From Lama glama (taxonomy: Eukaryota), in assembly GCA_028534125.1 (NCBI GenBank), contig CM052816.1, forward strand, positions 98,892,001-98,956,000: a stretch of DNA of 64,000 nt, read 5' to 3'. Of this stretch, positions 13,081-25,860 are shown in pieces (the stretch's first letter is position 1; each line of letters opens with the position of its first letter). Position numbers and translations under genes: made by a program. Below the pieces are notes generated by a model. That model was not told the DNA's origin, ran no database searches, and saw only the letters and a list, made by a program, of their open reading frames with translations.

Positions 13081-13671
13081 TGAACTCCATTTTGAAGAGT
13101 CTAATTAAAGTCATTGTGAGTTTGGTGTCATTTTTCAGTGTGGAGCATTGCCAGACAGAAGTCGGCTCATGAATGCAGCATGTTTGAAGGAATGACACTC
13201 GTTTCCCAAGCCACCCAGAAATCTGAGGATAACCGTGATGAAGGGTTTCTTTATCCTGAATTGTTAAAACCACAAAATGACCAGCTGGAATTGACTGGTT
13301 GGCCCTTGACTATTAAATAGGAGTTTCACATTATTTACTCTTTCCTTAGTTCAGTTTTGTATCTTTTGCAACATCTACTAGTGTTAAATACTTACTGCAA
13401 ATGCTCAGTGATATTTGTTCACCAGAAGACAGCGCTGCAGACGTCTTCCTTGGGGTGTGGCAGACAGGAGCGAGCAGCAGAGATGAGGAGGGTTATAAAG
13501 TGTCTCAGGCATGGGGGACCGATTAACAAAATTCAGCAGAACATGCATGCTTGTCCGCAAGGCTCACCATTTGACCTGTAGGCCATCTATTAGTGATAAT
13601 CTGTTGCATTGACTCTCTAAAGAAAACCTCACAAAATGCCAAAGTATTAGTGATTCATTAAAGAGCTGAAG

Positions 13672-14195
13672 TGTAAGGTAGTTAGATAAGTGGGGGCAGA
13701 TGAGGCGGAGGAGAGGGAGGAGGGTCTGGAAGATGGCGTTATGCCCACGTAAAGGGGCTTTACTTCCTCTCAATGAGTGCCAGCAAGAAACCAGTTAGAA
13801 CCCAGTAGTCATGGCTGCGTGGTAGCGACAAGGACCTAACCGGACGTGACCCAGTGCTCATTGTAACATAATCAGCATCGCAGTTTAGGTCCCCCCGTGG
13901 GTTTTCCTGTGCGCATCATGGGTAAGGACATGTGTAAAAGTGGGCGAGCATGACTAAGCGCTCCAGGGACAAGAGCCGTCAATCAACCAGGAGACCACCC
14001 CTAGGTGAGGGTATAAGAGAGGGGCCAAGCAGACCATTGCTCTCTGCCCTTGGGTCCGCCCGCCTCCCGTGCTTCCCCTTCGCTAATAAATCCTTCAGAA
14101 TCTCTTGCTACACAGCGCTCTATCTCCCATTTGAATCCTTATCTTCTGGGTAAGACAAGAGCTGGGGTCCTTTTCCTTCCACTTTTGAGGTGACG
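13672..14195 (+). mobile_element. ERV1-like solo LTR with retained TATA box and polyadenylation signal
   Basis: Begins TGTAAGGTAGTTAGATA. TATAAGA at 14012-14018 and AATAAA at 14085-14090. U5-like GAATCCTTATCTTCTGGGTAAGACAAGA, ending GAGGTGAC. No clean target-site duplication seen. Confidence 0.7.
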
Positions 14196-15399
14196 GATAA
14201 ATTCTCTGTGGATAACTCCTACTTTTTCCTTCACCTGGTATTTATTTCCACGTCCTCCTTTTTAGAACCTCGTAGGAAAACTGATAATAACTTGATTGCA
14301 GTCCAAGCACATGGGGCTTTTCTGATTGAATAGATTGCACATGAAATGCACATTTGTTTCACAGGTGTGAGTGTAAGTATGAGCGCCTACTGAATACACT
14401 CCCATTTGGGTGTCTGGGGTTGGCCTGAGCTTGGTGGCGGGGCTCACACAGCTGAGATGATTTCAGGACACAAACGCAGAGTCAGGGACCCAGAAAGCGG
14501 CCAGCCTCCGGGAAGTTTGCCACTGCTTCACTTCAAGCTGATCTTTCAAATTAGATTTGCAGACGCCTCTTCTCCTCCGTGGGGGACTTGGAGGATGGGG
14601 GACTATTTGTACAGCATGTGTTAATCTAATGATCTATCTCCATTTAACAACTTCAAAGCAAAATAAATGCAAAACACTCATTAATACTTACAAGTGAGGC
14701 GGAAAGCTGGCCAGACAGTTTTAACACTGAGCTTTGACAGCAAACTGCTTTTGGAAAGTGGTGATCCCTGCTCTGATTTGGGACCTAATCCAGAGAGACG
14801 TCTTTCAGCTTTTCTCTCTGAGGCCAGATCTAAGGAATAAGGGCAGCAGCAGCCTGCAGCAGAACTGTCCAGAACACAGGACTGATGAGGCCAGGGGGCT
14901 GGGTTGGTTCAGCAGCCCGGCTCCCGGGGTGGTCCTCTCGCTTTCCTGATGGGCACCGTGAACCTTGGTGTGAAGGTCTCTGTGCAGGGGCACTTCAGGG
15001 CACACTCCCGCGTCAGAGATGGAGCAGGGGGAGGCATTGCTGGAGGTGTCACTGGCTTCACGCTCCCCCCGTGAGCTCCGGTCTTGGAAGGACAAGCAAA
15101 CCTCCTCTTTGCCAATGTCATTTCCACCGCTGGTGCTGTGGAAGCCAGTCCCCTTCCTCTACCAGCTTCCTCCGGCTCCTCGCTCCATCAAGCATCTGAG
15201 TTCTCTTTGGGTCTCCCACATCTTCCTCTGCCCTGACTCCACTCCTTGTGTCAGCAACACACTCAGTTCTCACGTCCTGTAAGGAGGATCTGCTGAGTCC
15301 CTCACACGCCTACGCTACTGTCATAATGTCCTTCTCTTTGCTGTCAAGAGGCTGGGCATGTCCCCGCCCTCATGCTGCGTCCCCCAAAGGACTCCTGAA

Positions 15400-15695
15400 A
15401 CATTTCTGGCTTCTTTACTCAGCATGATTATCTCAAGATTCATTGATGTTGCTGTGCGCCAATGGTTCCTGCATTTTTGTTGCTGAGTAGTATTCTGCTG
15501 AATAGGTAGATTTATTTATTGATCCACCTGCAGTTAAATGTTGAGTTGATTCCAATTTTTGACTGTTTTACATAAAATTGCCAGAAGCTTTCGTGTGGCT
15601 ACATGCTTTAATTATCTGGGTAAATACTGTAAGTGGAATTGTTGGATTATATAGTAAGGGGATGCTTAACTCTTTTCCAAATGATCGCACCAGAG
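15400..15695 (-). mobile_element. Ancient L1 (L1MC/L1ME-type) ORF2 end and 3' region
   Basis: CTGGCTTCTTTACTCAGCATGA...AAGATTCATTGATGTTG...TTGCTGAGTAGTATTC...GGGTAAATAC...GTGGAATTGTTGGATTATATAGTAAG. Confidence 0.75.
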
Positions 15696-15849
15696 TATTG
15701 AAACTTACCTTAATCGTTATGTTGTTTCACTGCTGTGATTTAAACATCTTCTATTGCATCGACATTCCTAAAAATCTCCTTGTTTGTTTTGCCTCTTAGT
15801 TTCACGTACATAGATTTACTACTTTAACTTTAAAAGCTTAAATTACATT

Positions 15850-17230
15850 TTTTTCCTCTTCTTTGGGATTTATTGAGAATTATTTTCTCTTTATTTTGTT
15901 TTTTTGGTAGAAAGTTTAGTAGTTAGAAATTTTGTTTCCAGCCTGCTAATCCTTACCTTAGGACAGCGGAAATATTTAAGAAAGCCTAAAGTTAATACAT
16001 GTCTTAACTATCCTCCTGAACATTACGATTTTAGAATGCCTTAACTCTAAACAATCCCTCGTATTTGCCTTTTTTGTCCTGAATTTTAGTTTTATCTTGA
16101 TTGTTCAATCTCAGCATTAGAGAGTATTGCTATTGTTTCAAATGGTTAAGGTAGAATTCGTGTTATACCATGTTTATCTGTTCTTCCTCCTCATTTTTTC
16201 CTGCATCTCGAATCTTCCTTGTGGATTAATGTTTTGTTTCCCAAAGAAAGTTATTTCCCTTAGTGAAAATTTGGTAGTAGTACACTTCCTGTTTTTCTTT
16301 GTCTAAATATGCTTTCATTTTACTCTCATGCGTGGAACACAGTTTCACTGGGGATAGAATTCCAGCCTGATAGGCTTTTTAAAAAAACTTTAAAGCTGAT
16401 TTTCCAGTGGCTTCTGGCTTCTTTTATTGTAATTAAGATGTAATTTTTTTTTTAAATCCTGTTCAAGATAAAGTTCCTGGACTCTGAACAATTAAATAAA
16501 TCAATTCTGGAAAATTCTCAGCAATTTTATCTTTGAATATTTCTTCTTTCCTTACCGCTACTTAGTTCTCTGGAATTACTGCTCAGCATTGAATGTGTCT
16601 ATTCTCTGTTCTACATGTCTCTTCATCCCTCACACATTTTGCATCTCTTTGTGTCTCTAAAGATTTCTCTTCCAGTTCACTGCAAGGAGGAGGGTAACAA
16701 GATAATGGTTAATTCTCTCTTCACCTGTATCTACTCATTTGTTTAACCCATTCATTGTATTTCTAATTTTACAAATCTGTCTGAGGAATTACTGTTGATT
16801 TGTTTTCCCTTCAGCATACTCTCAAATGTATGCATTATGTTTTAAAGTACATGTGAAATATTTGTTTTATATACTAAACCTAATAATTCTCGAAACTCTA
16901 ATCTGTACAGGTCAATTCCATAGATTGTTATTCCTGCTGATATTTAATTACAGTGACTTGTTTACTCACAAGTGTAGCTATTTTTTTCATTGCACACTAT
17001 CATTCCTTGGAATTTCATCTGTAAAATTGCTTTGAGGTTTGTTATTAAATTGCATTCCTCTGCAATTTAATAACAAAGATTTGCATTTGCTTCATCCAGG
17101 CACCTAGAGACTAAATAAATGGCTTGTGGTTTATCAGTCTGTGGAGGCAGTGTGAACTCTCACCTCCAAACTGCACAGCAAAGAGGGAGTGCCATGGAAA
17201 CTTTTTATTATTGCTTCCCACTCAGAGCCA
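15850..17230 (-). mobile_element. Ancient L1/HAL1-like ORF1 and 5' region
   Basis: Long T-rich, CpG-poor block with TTTCTTTGTCTAAATATGCTTTCATTTTACTCTCA, TTTCACTGGGGATAGAATTC and TTCTGGAAAATTCTCAGCAATT, typical of antisense old L1 ORF1. Confidence 0.6.
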
Positions 17231-18403
17231 AGGCCAAGGCAGTAAATGATAGTGATACTGCTAGAAACTGAAAGAACTTGATTAATTCCCTTTCACCTTA
17301 TGTGTTTTTCTCTTCAGTTTCATACTCTTACATGTAAGAACTTTGAGATTTACCTCATTTATTATCTGTCAATTATTTGTTTTTTGAATCTTTTATATTT
17401 TCAACCAGGGTACATGACTGTTACGTGTTTTGAATCTTGGTTTGTGTGACAGCACATTTTAAAGCCTTTATATAAAAAATGTAAACTATTAATTGTCAGG
17501 ACAGCATATTCAAAGTGCTTGATCTGGACTAAAATGATAAAGATTTGAGGTTGTGTGTCTAGCAAATGGGAGCAGTAAGAGCAAAGCTGACGTGTGGGGT
17601 TCAAGTGCATCCAACATCCTGGGTGAAATGTGAAGGGTGACGCCAAGAAGGTGGCCAACAGCCGTGTTGAAGGACATCCCTGTGCAGGGATGGGTAGAGC
17701 TGGTGGGTAGACAGCCCAGTCCCCGACCTTCTCTGACAGGGTGTGCAAACTCGGAATTCTGTGCTCTCTAACTCCCAGAATTCTCCCTGGGATAAGCTTC
17801 ATGGCCCCACTGGTAACTGCGGCTCAAGCATCTCCTGCGTCCTTTTGCTCTATTCCTGAAACACTTGTCTGCTGGTTTTCCCTTGATCTGCTCACAAGTA
17901 AACCATTTGCATTTGAACTCTTGTCTTATAGTCTGTTTACTGGGGAAACCCAAGCTAAAATGCCGAGATTCAACTGTGAACAGCTCACGGGGGCTCTGCC
18001 ATGTCTGATGCCAGCCAGGCAGGGAGGGCGAGGGAGCTGCTTTACCAGCTTCATACACACATCGAGGTTCAGACAGACCACACGACGTGCTCATGTTTTT
18101 ACAGGAAAATGGAGAGCAAATACTAAAACCGGTGGTCTTGGGTTCTGTTTCCTTTCTTCCTCTCCAGATTAGCTACTCAAGGAGATGCAGCAAGTATATG
18201 ATCCTTGCCTAGAAGGTGTGGAAACTGGAACATTCTTTACAAGTAGAACTTGAAGAATCGTGTGTTTTAAGGAGGGTGACCACTCAGTTTTCCAAAGCAG
18301 GTTCCAGTCGGAGAGAAGATTTAGCGTGATCTTTAAAAATCCAATTTACCTACAAGTAAATCTAAGTCACGTGATGGAGACATTTCCTTTGGAAGCAGGA
18401 ATC

Positions 18404-18405
<2 letters not shown>

Positions 18406-18448
<43 letters not shown>
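18406..18448. repeat. (TG)n microsatellite
   Basis: About 18 perfect TG units followed by TATGTGT. Confidence 0.97.
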
Positions 18449-20681
18449 TCAAGACTCAACTGTCAGGAAGATGTCTCTGAGGTACGTGATCCCACGTAAG
18501 AGGCCAGCAAGCACCTGGGCTGACAGATCTGTGAGGTCAGTCAGTGCTCTGCCCAGATCGCTCCAGGAAAATGGGGCTTTTAGTTCACGTTGGCATGTGG
18601 CTACTGGACACCTGAATCCAGGTTTTCTGCCCCTCTTTGATGAATGAATTGCAGCATCATTTGGGGGCATTTTTTTTAATATGGAAAAGAAATGCAAAAT
18701 AATAAAAGTAAAAGAACACAATTTGGCTCAACAATCCATCCATTAAGAATTCTTGATGTACATAGAGTGAGGATTTTATGGAGAATTTCTTGGAAAAGGG
18801 GGCAGAAAGTACGTCAAAGGGAAGGCACGTACACACATACATCCACGCACTTAAGCCCAGGACTGAGGGAGGTCAGAGCTGGAGGCTGGTTCACATTTCA
18901 AGGGTTTTGGAGGTTGTAGCCACCAAAGGGGCCCTTTAGAAGATACTCATGCTGGAAAGAACAGAAACAATGTGCTTGCTGTCCAGAGGATTCTTCTCAA
19001 CATGAGCACAGCCTGCGTGACCTGAACCCACGGAGCCGGCATGTCCCCAGGGCTGGGAGGCCCCAGGGCTCGTGGAATCCCAGTGTCACCCCAGGTGGCA
19101 TGGTGACAAGTGGCGTCAGATGCAGCACTGAGAGGGCCAGTGAAGGGACCCACAGGCGGTGGGGTGTGCCTGAAGCACCCCAGGCTTTCCATGGGGGCCC
19201 CACCAAGCAGACTTCCTCAGGCGCCGGGACAGGACTCCCTCCACCCCGGACTCATGCGGCTTTCCACACAACCCTAGTCCTGGTCACCCCGCCATCTGCG
19301 ACGGGCATGGGACTTAGTGGATCACTCTAGAACAAGGGTCACTGTTCGTAATAGTGTAAATCTCTCTGTCCTTTATGGGGAATACTTGTCACTCTTTTAA
19401 TTTCCACATCTGCTCTGTGGGGTGTTACAGATCGGAGTGTTAGCCTGTCTAGAATGTCTCTGTGATGTCAGCTGGCCCTCAGTGTCCACTGTGTTTTACG
19501 TCTTCGTTAAGGAGTTTCACCCTCTGAGATGCCCTGATTGACAAAATGAAGACCTTGCATCATTCATTTGTTATATCAAGTGAATTCAAGGCCCACCATT
19601 TTTCTCTTAACCTCTCAACTTTTTATTATTGACACAGTCTACATTCACACTTGTATATCTATTTTATTCATTTAAATTCCTGAACAATAGCCCACTGTCT
19701 GGATATCAATTATTCACTGATACACCTTGCTCAAGACTTAGGTAGGGAACAAAATCTGGGTTTTTGGGAATTGTCAACCCAGCGTCTGGGACTCCCAAAC
19801 CCCACTGTCTAACTCCTAACACACACAGGTCTGGCAGGAACCACCAGTGAAGAGTTTCTATAGAACTTCATGCAGGCTTTATGTAGACCGTTTATAATTT
19901 TAATTGGAATTTGCTCCTCCAGTCATTAAACCTTCAAGGACTCATCACTTTCATTCAGTCAAAAAAACACTATCAGTAGCATTTGGGAAAATATTTCCAC
20001 TTCCTCGTGGGGCCCCACTGAGTAACTGACAAGCTGATAAAGTGAGGTGAAGGTCAGGTTCATGAGCTAAAGTGCTGTGTCATGTATGGAGTGAACCATA
20101 GGGTAAAGATAAGACTGGTGTGAGTTAGCAGCTCTGAACTGATAGCTAAAGGCAGTAGCGTGAATCATACAATTGCTCTGGACCAATATCCTAACCTGCA
20201 CATGAGAACAAGCCCCTTTTTTGCTGTTTTACTCTGCTGATTGTGAAAACCACAGGATGATACGGGTTAGACTGCACCATGCCACAAACTATGAAGTGAT
20301 TTAGTGTGATGTTATTGATAATTACCATGTTCTCCAGGTCTACCACAGATTTTTATATCACCATTTCCCTAGAAGTGTAGCTCAGACCTCATCAGTAATG
20401 GGGAAAAAAAGGGCAGCAGGAGAGTTGGTGGAGTTCGTGTAGGAATGGGAGGAAGGAAGAGAGGGAGAGGGCAGGGAATCTCACCCACTGCTGTCCTCAG
20501 CCCAGGGCTCAACGGCGCTTTCAGGAAGAAGTGGGTTTTGAGAGCTTTTAGCCAAACAAGATGACTCACAGCAGCGAGGGCCGTGCTGGCCTGGGGGCAG
20601 CCCTGAGACCCAGGTCCCAGTGCCATGAGCAGGAAATCACAGGCATCAGTTAATGTCACTCACAACAAAAGACACACGTGA

Positions 20682-21268
20682 GGATTCAACTCCCCAATCA
20701 AAAGAGGGAAAATGGTCCCAATGTAGGCCTTCTGCAAGAGACTCACTTTGGATTTAAGGACACACATGGGCTCTAAGTGAGGGGATGGAAAGAGATCTTC
20801 CATGAAAACAGTAACCAAAAGAGAGCAGGGATTGCTATGCTTAAGTCAGGCGACACAGACTTGAGAAAATAGTCTTCAAGCCAAAACCTGTCACAGGAGA
20901 CAAAGAAGGACATCCTATAACAATAAAAGTGTCAATTCGTCAGAAATCTGTAACAATTATAACTGTGTCTGCATTCATCGTCAGAGCACCCAGGTAAATG
21001 AGCAAATGCGGACAGAACTGAAGGGGAAAAAGCAATTTGGCCACAGCAGGACTCTTCAACAGCCCATTTCAATAACGGATGGAACATCCAGACAGAAGAC
21101 CAGTAATCAAACAGAGGACTTGAACAACACCATGGACAAAATCAACTGTACGTGTTTACACATATATACACAGAGCATTCCACCCAGCAGCAGCAGAACA
21201 CATGTTCTTCTCGAGTACACGCTTCTCAAGTGTAAAAAGAACATTTTCTAAGGTAGACAACACATTAG
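20682..21268 (+). mobile_element. L1 ORF2 endonuclease-domain fragment (degenerate)
   Basis: AACTCCCCAATCAAAAGA, CAAGAGACTCACTTT, GGATGGAAAGAGATCTTCCATG, GAGACAAAGAAGGACAT and ACAGAGGACTTGAACAACAC. The ORF 21006-21251 peptide SRQKTSNQTEDLNNTMDKIN is L1 EN-like. Multiple stops and frameshifts. Confidence 0.85.
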
Positions 21269-21569
21269 AGTATTATTCTAGCCTAGAGAAACACCACCTA
21301 ACTCAGCTGGGAGCCGTCGGCAACGTCTATGACGTGAAAAAGTTGAAATTTAAATCAGAACAATAAGGATAGTGGTATCTTCATATTCAAACTGACAAAG
21401 GCCATTAATTATCATTACACTTTATTTATTGTGTTCTTTGATGATTATATTCTGTAGAAATTATGTAGAATTCTATTGAAAATATGTAGAAATCTTAATA
21501 AAATTAGTTTGGAAAACTATACATCAAGGAAACTTTAGCATATATATGTACAGACTTCTCCAAGAAAGA

Positions 21570-21888
21570 CAGTTGAAAAGTACCAACTCCAGCTGCAAGG
21601 TGAATTAACATTAGGGATGCAGTCCACAGCATGATGGTGTTGTTGACACCGCTATATGATATAGACTGAAGTTGTTAAGAGGGTAAATCCTGAGATCTCA
21701 TCACAAGACAACACTTTTTTTTGACGTTCCTTTCTTTTGTATCTATGAGATGATGGATGCTAACTGAATTTACTGTGATATCATTTCACAGTGTATGTAA
21801 GTCAAACCATTATGCTGCACAGCTCAAATTTATACAGTGATAAATGTCAATTATATGTCAATAAAACTCCAAAAAAAAAAAAAAACAA
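21570..21888 (+). mobile_element. L1 3' UTR (L1MA9/10-like) with poly(A) tail
   Basis: AAGTTGTTAAGAGGGTAAATCCT...GATGATGGATGCTAACT...ATCATTTCACA...TGTCAATTATATGTCAATAAAACT followed by an A-tail. Confidence 0.85.
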
Positions 21889-22139
21889 ACTTGTGAGTGC
21901 TGAAACTCTCAACATAAAAATCTGTCTCTGGGAGATGGTGGATGAGAAGCTAGGCACGTAATGGTCATATTGACAAATGCATCATTCACTTTAAAACCAT
22001 ACTAATGAAAAGCGGCAACTGAATTTGGTCAGAAGCCACAATAAATCGGCTGGACCAGGTCTCTAGGGAATTTTGCACAGTCTTATTTTTTGCACTTGCT
22101 GCCGTCTTATTTAAAAATGCATTTTAAATCTATTTTTAT

Positions 22140-22276
22140 ATATATTAGCTCAATATCTTGTAATAAAATTTAATGGAAAAATATGAAATGAATATATATG
22201 TATATCCACGACTGGGATATTGTGCTGTCTACTAGAGAGAGACGCATTGTAACTGACTGTACTTCAATTTAAAAAA
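22140..22276 (+). mobile_element. Short camelid-type L1 3' end with probable target-site duplication
   Basis: CAATATCTTGTAATAA...GACTGGGATATTGTGCTGT...CATTGTAACTGACTGTACTTCAAT. Flanked by AAAAATGCATTTTA (22113-22126) and AAAAACGTATTTTA (22272-22285). Confidence 0.85.
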
Positions 22277-22394
22277 CGTATTTTAGCTTAACTACATTTC
22301 AAAGATAGTGCGAGGCCCCACCTCGCGGTACCATGCACTGCAAGGGACTGTGCCTAGAATGGGGGTAGGACTGCGACTCTTGGGTCACCTTGCC

Positions 22395-22560
22395 CAAGCT
22401 CCCTGGCTTACAACCCGCATGGCCTGGGGCATGTCACTTACTATCTCTCAGCTTCAATTTCCTCATCTATAAAATGAGGCTGGGGTAAGAAGTCTATTTT
22501 CAGAGTCTCAAGAAAAAAAAAATAATCCACAAGATGTGCAGCCCTTGACACACACCTGTC
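22395..22560 (+). mobile_element. MIR SINE
   Basis: GTCACTTACTATCTCTCAGCTTCAATTTCCTCATCTATAAAATGAGG core. Confidence 0.8.
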
Positions 22561-23089
22561 AGTGGTGATGGTCAGAAGCGGTAAGTGCAGGGAAGCCATC
22601 TTCAGCATCCCAGCACCCCTGCCTGCCGCGCAGGCGGTCACCCCGCTCACTGCATCGTACAGCAGGCAGCGTGTGACCCCGTCAGCTCCCGGGGGTCCCC
22701 AGGGCTGAGGAGGACCTGGGATGTGAAGGTGTGGGCTTTTGATTCTGGTTTTTCTCATGAACTTGTCGAGAAGCTTGTTTCCAAAGGAGATTCGTAAGGG
22801 GCGGCTAGACAGCTTAATCCATTCGGGGATAACACTGCTCCTTTGGGCAGAAGTCTTAGTTGCACTTTCACAATGCACTTGGATGAAGCCCCCGCAGGAG
22901 AAGGGAGATTTCAATGCACGCTAAGCATGGCATTCTTAGAGATAGCTCAGGTGTCAGAAGGATAGGAAACAGGTACCCAGTCCTCGCTCTAGGGACTCAG
23001 AAACATAAAAGAAACTTGAATCCCGTGATCAACATCACCTCTGTGATCCCTTGAATGTTCTTCTCTTGTTGTAAGAAGAACACATGTGG

Positions 23090-23500
23090 CTGAAATTGTC
23101 TTTTCTTCTTCGTAATAGGATGCCAATTTTTAATTCCCATTTGGGCGTGTGGCCACCACTACGTTTCCCAGTCTTATCTGAAGCTTGGCAAGGTCAGGAG
23201 AGCAGCTCTGGCTGGCAGAATGTCAGCACAGGAGGCATGGCCTTGATCCAGGGAGTGTCCTCTAGGAAGAGTGTGCTCCTCCCAGCCCCCTTTCTGTTGG
23301 TTGGAATGTGGATGCAATGGCTGGAGCTCCAGTGATGATCTTGGACACTGAGGCAATGCTGTGTGCCATGTCCAGGGATGAGCTGCAGTCAGATGGCAGG
23401 AGCCTCTGAAATTCGGTGCAGCTCCTGGTCCCCCCCCCCACCTGCCCAGACTCCTCTTTCATGAAGGAGAAACACACATCAATCCTGTTTAATCCAAACC
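23090..23500 (+). mobile_element. Old MaLR LTR (MLT1I/J/K-like)
   Basis: TGGAATGTGGATGCAATGGCTGGAGCTCCAG...ATCTTGGAC...TGAGGCAA and a terminal CTGTTTAATCCA. Confidence 0.6.
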
Positions 23501-23789
23501 TAATTTTGCGAAGAACAGAGATAGTGATAGACCGTTGTGTATGTCACTCCCAGGCGAGGAGACGGACTCAGTTCCAGAGTGACACCTAGTTATCCACAAA
23601 GAAAGAGATGAGGATGAGGAAAGAGTGGATATTTCAGGAAACAAATGAAACTACAATAACCTGAAATGATATAAGAAGGGATTAATAGTCACCCTTTGAA
23701 CCTGAGTCAATGACTGATAGAAAAGCGACATGTTTTTCTTCATTTTTGTCAGCTTTCATATGTAGGTAACGCTGTATGGTTTGACGCAT

Positions 23790-25150
23790 TTCTTACTGTT
23801 TGTTGCCGTAACCGGGTCGCTGGGTTGAATGGGGGTTACTTGGCTGGGCCTCGGGGTATCACAGCTGCGATGCGCCTGTTCGTGAAACGTCCGCTTCCAC
23901 CTGCACACGGTTGTTTTAACGCCGTGTCGCCATCCAGCGTGTGGGCGCGAGGAAGGGGCACTGCGGGGCAGGACGGAAATCCGGCGAAGCTGACGGCCGC
24001 TCCCTTGCGCGTGATGAACCGCGCTGGGCAGCGGGAGCTCTCCGGCCTGCTTCTGGCTGGAGGACATGGCGCCGCCAGCCCTGCGTGCCCCGCCCGCTTC
24101 TCCTCCTCGGTTAGTAGCTCACGCTTCACATCCCTTACTGCTGCCGCCGGCGGCCCCCGAGCGTTCCAGTGGCCGCCCTCGTCACTGAGTGACTGCGGGT
24201 TAACACGGAACACAGCACCGCAGCCCCTCGGCCGTAGGTCACGTTGGGAATTCAGCTTCCCTTCAACGGAAGATTAGTGTTTCATCCGCGTGGACTCCGT
24301 CCCGCCAGGGAGGGCGGCGGAGCTCCGGGGAGCGTGGGTCAGATGCTGGGACAAACTAGCTCATCCCGGCGCGGGGAGTGGCGGGGGCGCTGCCGCTCGG
24401 AGGAGGGTGACCGTGCTCTGGTCTGGGGGTGTGTGTGGGGGGGGCTCCCCGCGTGGACACGCAGGCGCACGCACCACGTGGTGAGAGAGACGCTCCCATC
24501 TCTGGGGGCACCGCGGCCTCTGGCTCAGGAAGACGTTTCCTGAGGCACCGAACTGTTGCAAGGTGAGAATGCAAAAGCATCTTGTTCAAAGCCAGCACTT
24601 GAACACAAACGGAAACACACCGATGACATGGCCCCACGCTGCCCGGAGCAGCCCTGCTTGGCCCCGCCCCGCCCCGCCCGCGCTGCCGCCTCTCTGCTCA
24701 CCGGGTGCGGCAGAGATGCGCACGCGCAGTTCGGGGGGCCGGCCACCCCCGGCACTGCTGAACCCCCGCCTTGCCCACGACCTCTCGAAGCCAGGAACCT
24801 CGAGGCTGTTGAACACCAGCGGCTTTCGTGTCTGAAATTTGACTTCAACCAGGCTTCCGGTTAAAGATGCACCAGATTCTCACCTTAGGCCGTTGCCTAT
24901 ATTTGGGGAAATACGTCCATCGAATGGGGCGCTGTGGAGCACGGCCGGCTGTCTCCAGAGGGCTGAGCCGGAGTGCGCGTGGGGTGCAGAGTCAGCAGTT
25001 TCAAGTCCTCTCTGTCCTCGGAGGCCCTTCCACGAGTGGCTTGGGTGTTCTTTGCCCCCTTGCCGTGTGCCTGGGCAGGTGAGGAACAACCTGTGGACCA
25101 GAGAAGCTCACAGCCGGCCACGTGGCGGAAGACCGCCCCCCCGCCCCCCA
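23790..25150. promoter_or_regulatory. CpG island / promoter-like region
   Basis: Densest CpG block in the window by eye. Tandem GC boxes (GCCCC)3GCCCG at 24661-24680, NRF1-like TGCGCACGCGCA at 24717-24728, E-boxes CACCACGTGGTG at 24472-24483 and GCCACGTGGC at 25117-25126, ETS-like CTTCCGGT at 24854-24861, YY1-like ACATGGCG near 24065. Confidence 0.75.
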
Positions 25151-25189
25151 TATTTGATTATAAATGTCCAGGTGACAGCTCCGTTCATC

Positions 25190-25320
25190 AGCCTGTTTAA
25201 TCGCAGTCAGCCTTTGCGGTAGATGAGGTGGGTGAGGATCCCCACTTCACAGCTGAGGACATTGGGAGTCGGAGGTGTGAGGGGACACTGCGGTTGTGAC
25301 CTGGTCATCCCCGCTACAGC
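25190..25320 (-). mobile_element. MIR SINE (degenerate)
   Basis: TTTAATC...TGAGGTGGG...ATCCCCACTTCACAGCTGAGGACATTG is the antisense MIR core. Confidence 0.55.
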
Positions 25321-25860
25321 GTCTGTGCTGCTGGCACCAGCCTCTCCATGGGGATTCTAGGCAGCGCTGCCGTCGCGTTGACTGGGCTGCTGGGCCGGCC
25401 TGGATGAGGAAGAGGCTGCTGCTGCTGAGACCCCAGGCCCTGGGCGTCCAGAAAGAACCATCCTGACCAGAGGGATGTGGCCAGGGTTTATAACCCTGAG
25501 GTTTTCTTGGTGTTTATCCGCCCCCCCACCCCGTGCCTCTAGACTACCAGCTTTCTGAGAACAGTGTCCTAACCTCCCAAGAAAAGTGATCAGAGATGGC
25601 CCTTCTGATGTTAGGTGGGTCCTTAGTAATTAATCGTTCTGCTGGACCTGTGCCGTGGGCCCCTCCCTGCCCCGCCCGCACACTGAGAAATGAGGACGTA
25701 CAGAGAACTCGCCATATTTACAGTTTGACTTCCTTTCCATGTGGTGAGGATGTGACGTGGGCTCCAGTCTGAACATCGACAGTCAACACCTGCTTGTTTC
25801 ACGTCTGTGCACTTCCTTTGGGCACCACACCTGACTTAAGCTGTGCCGTTTCTGGCCAAG

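Noticed and set aside
24095..24130. Peptide RELLTEEEKR resembling a bHLH/bZIP basic-region lead-in
   Set aside because: No basic region, helix-loop-helix or zipper follows. A short chance match inside the CpG island.
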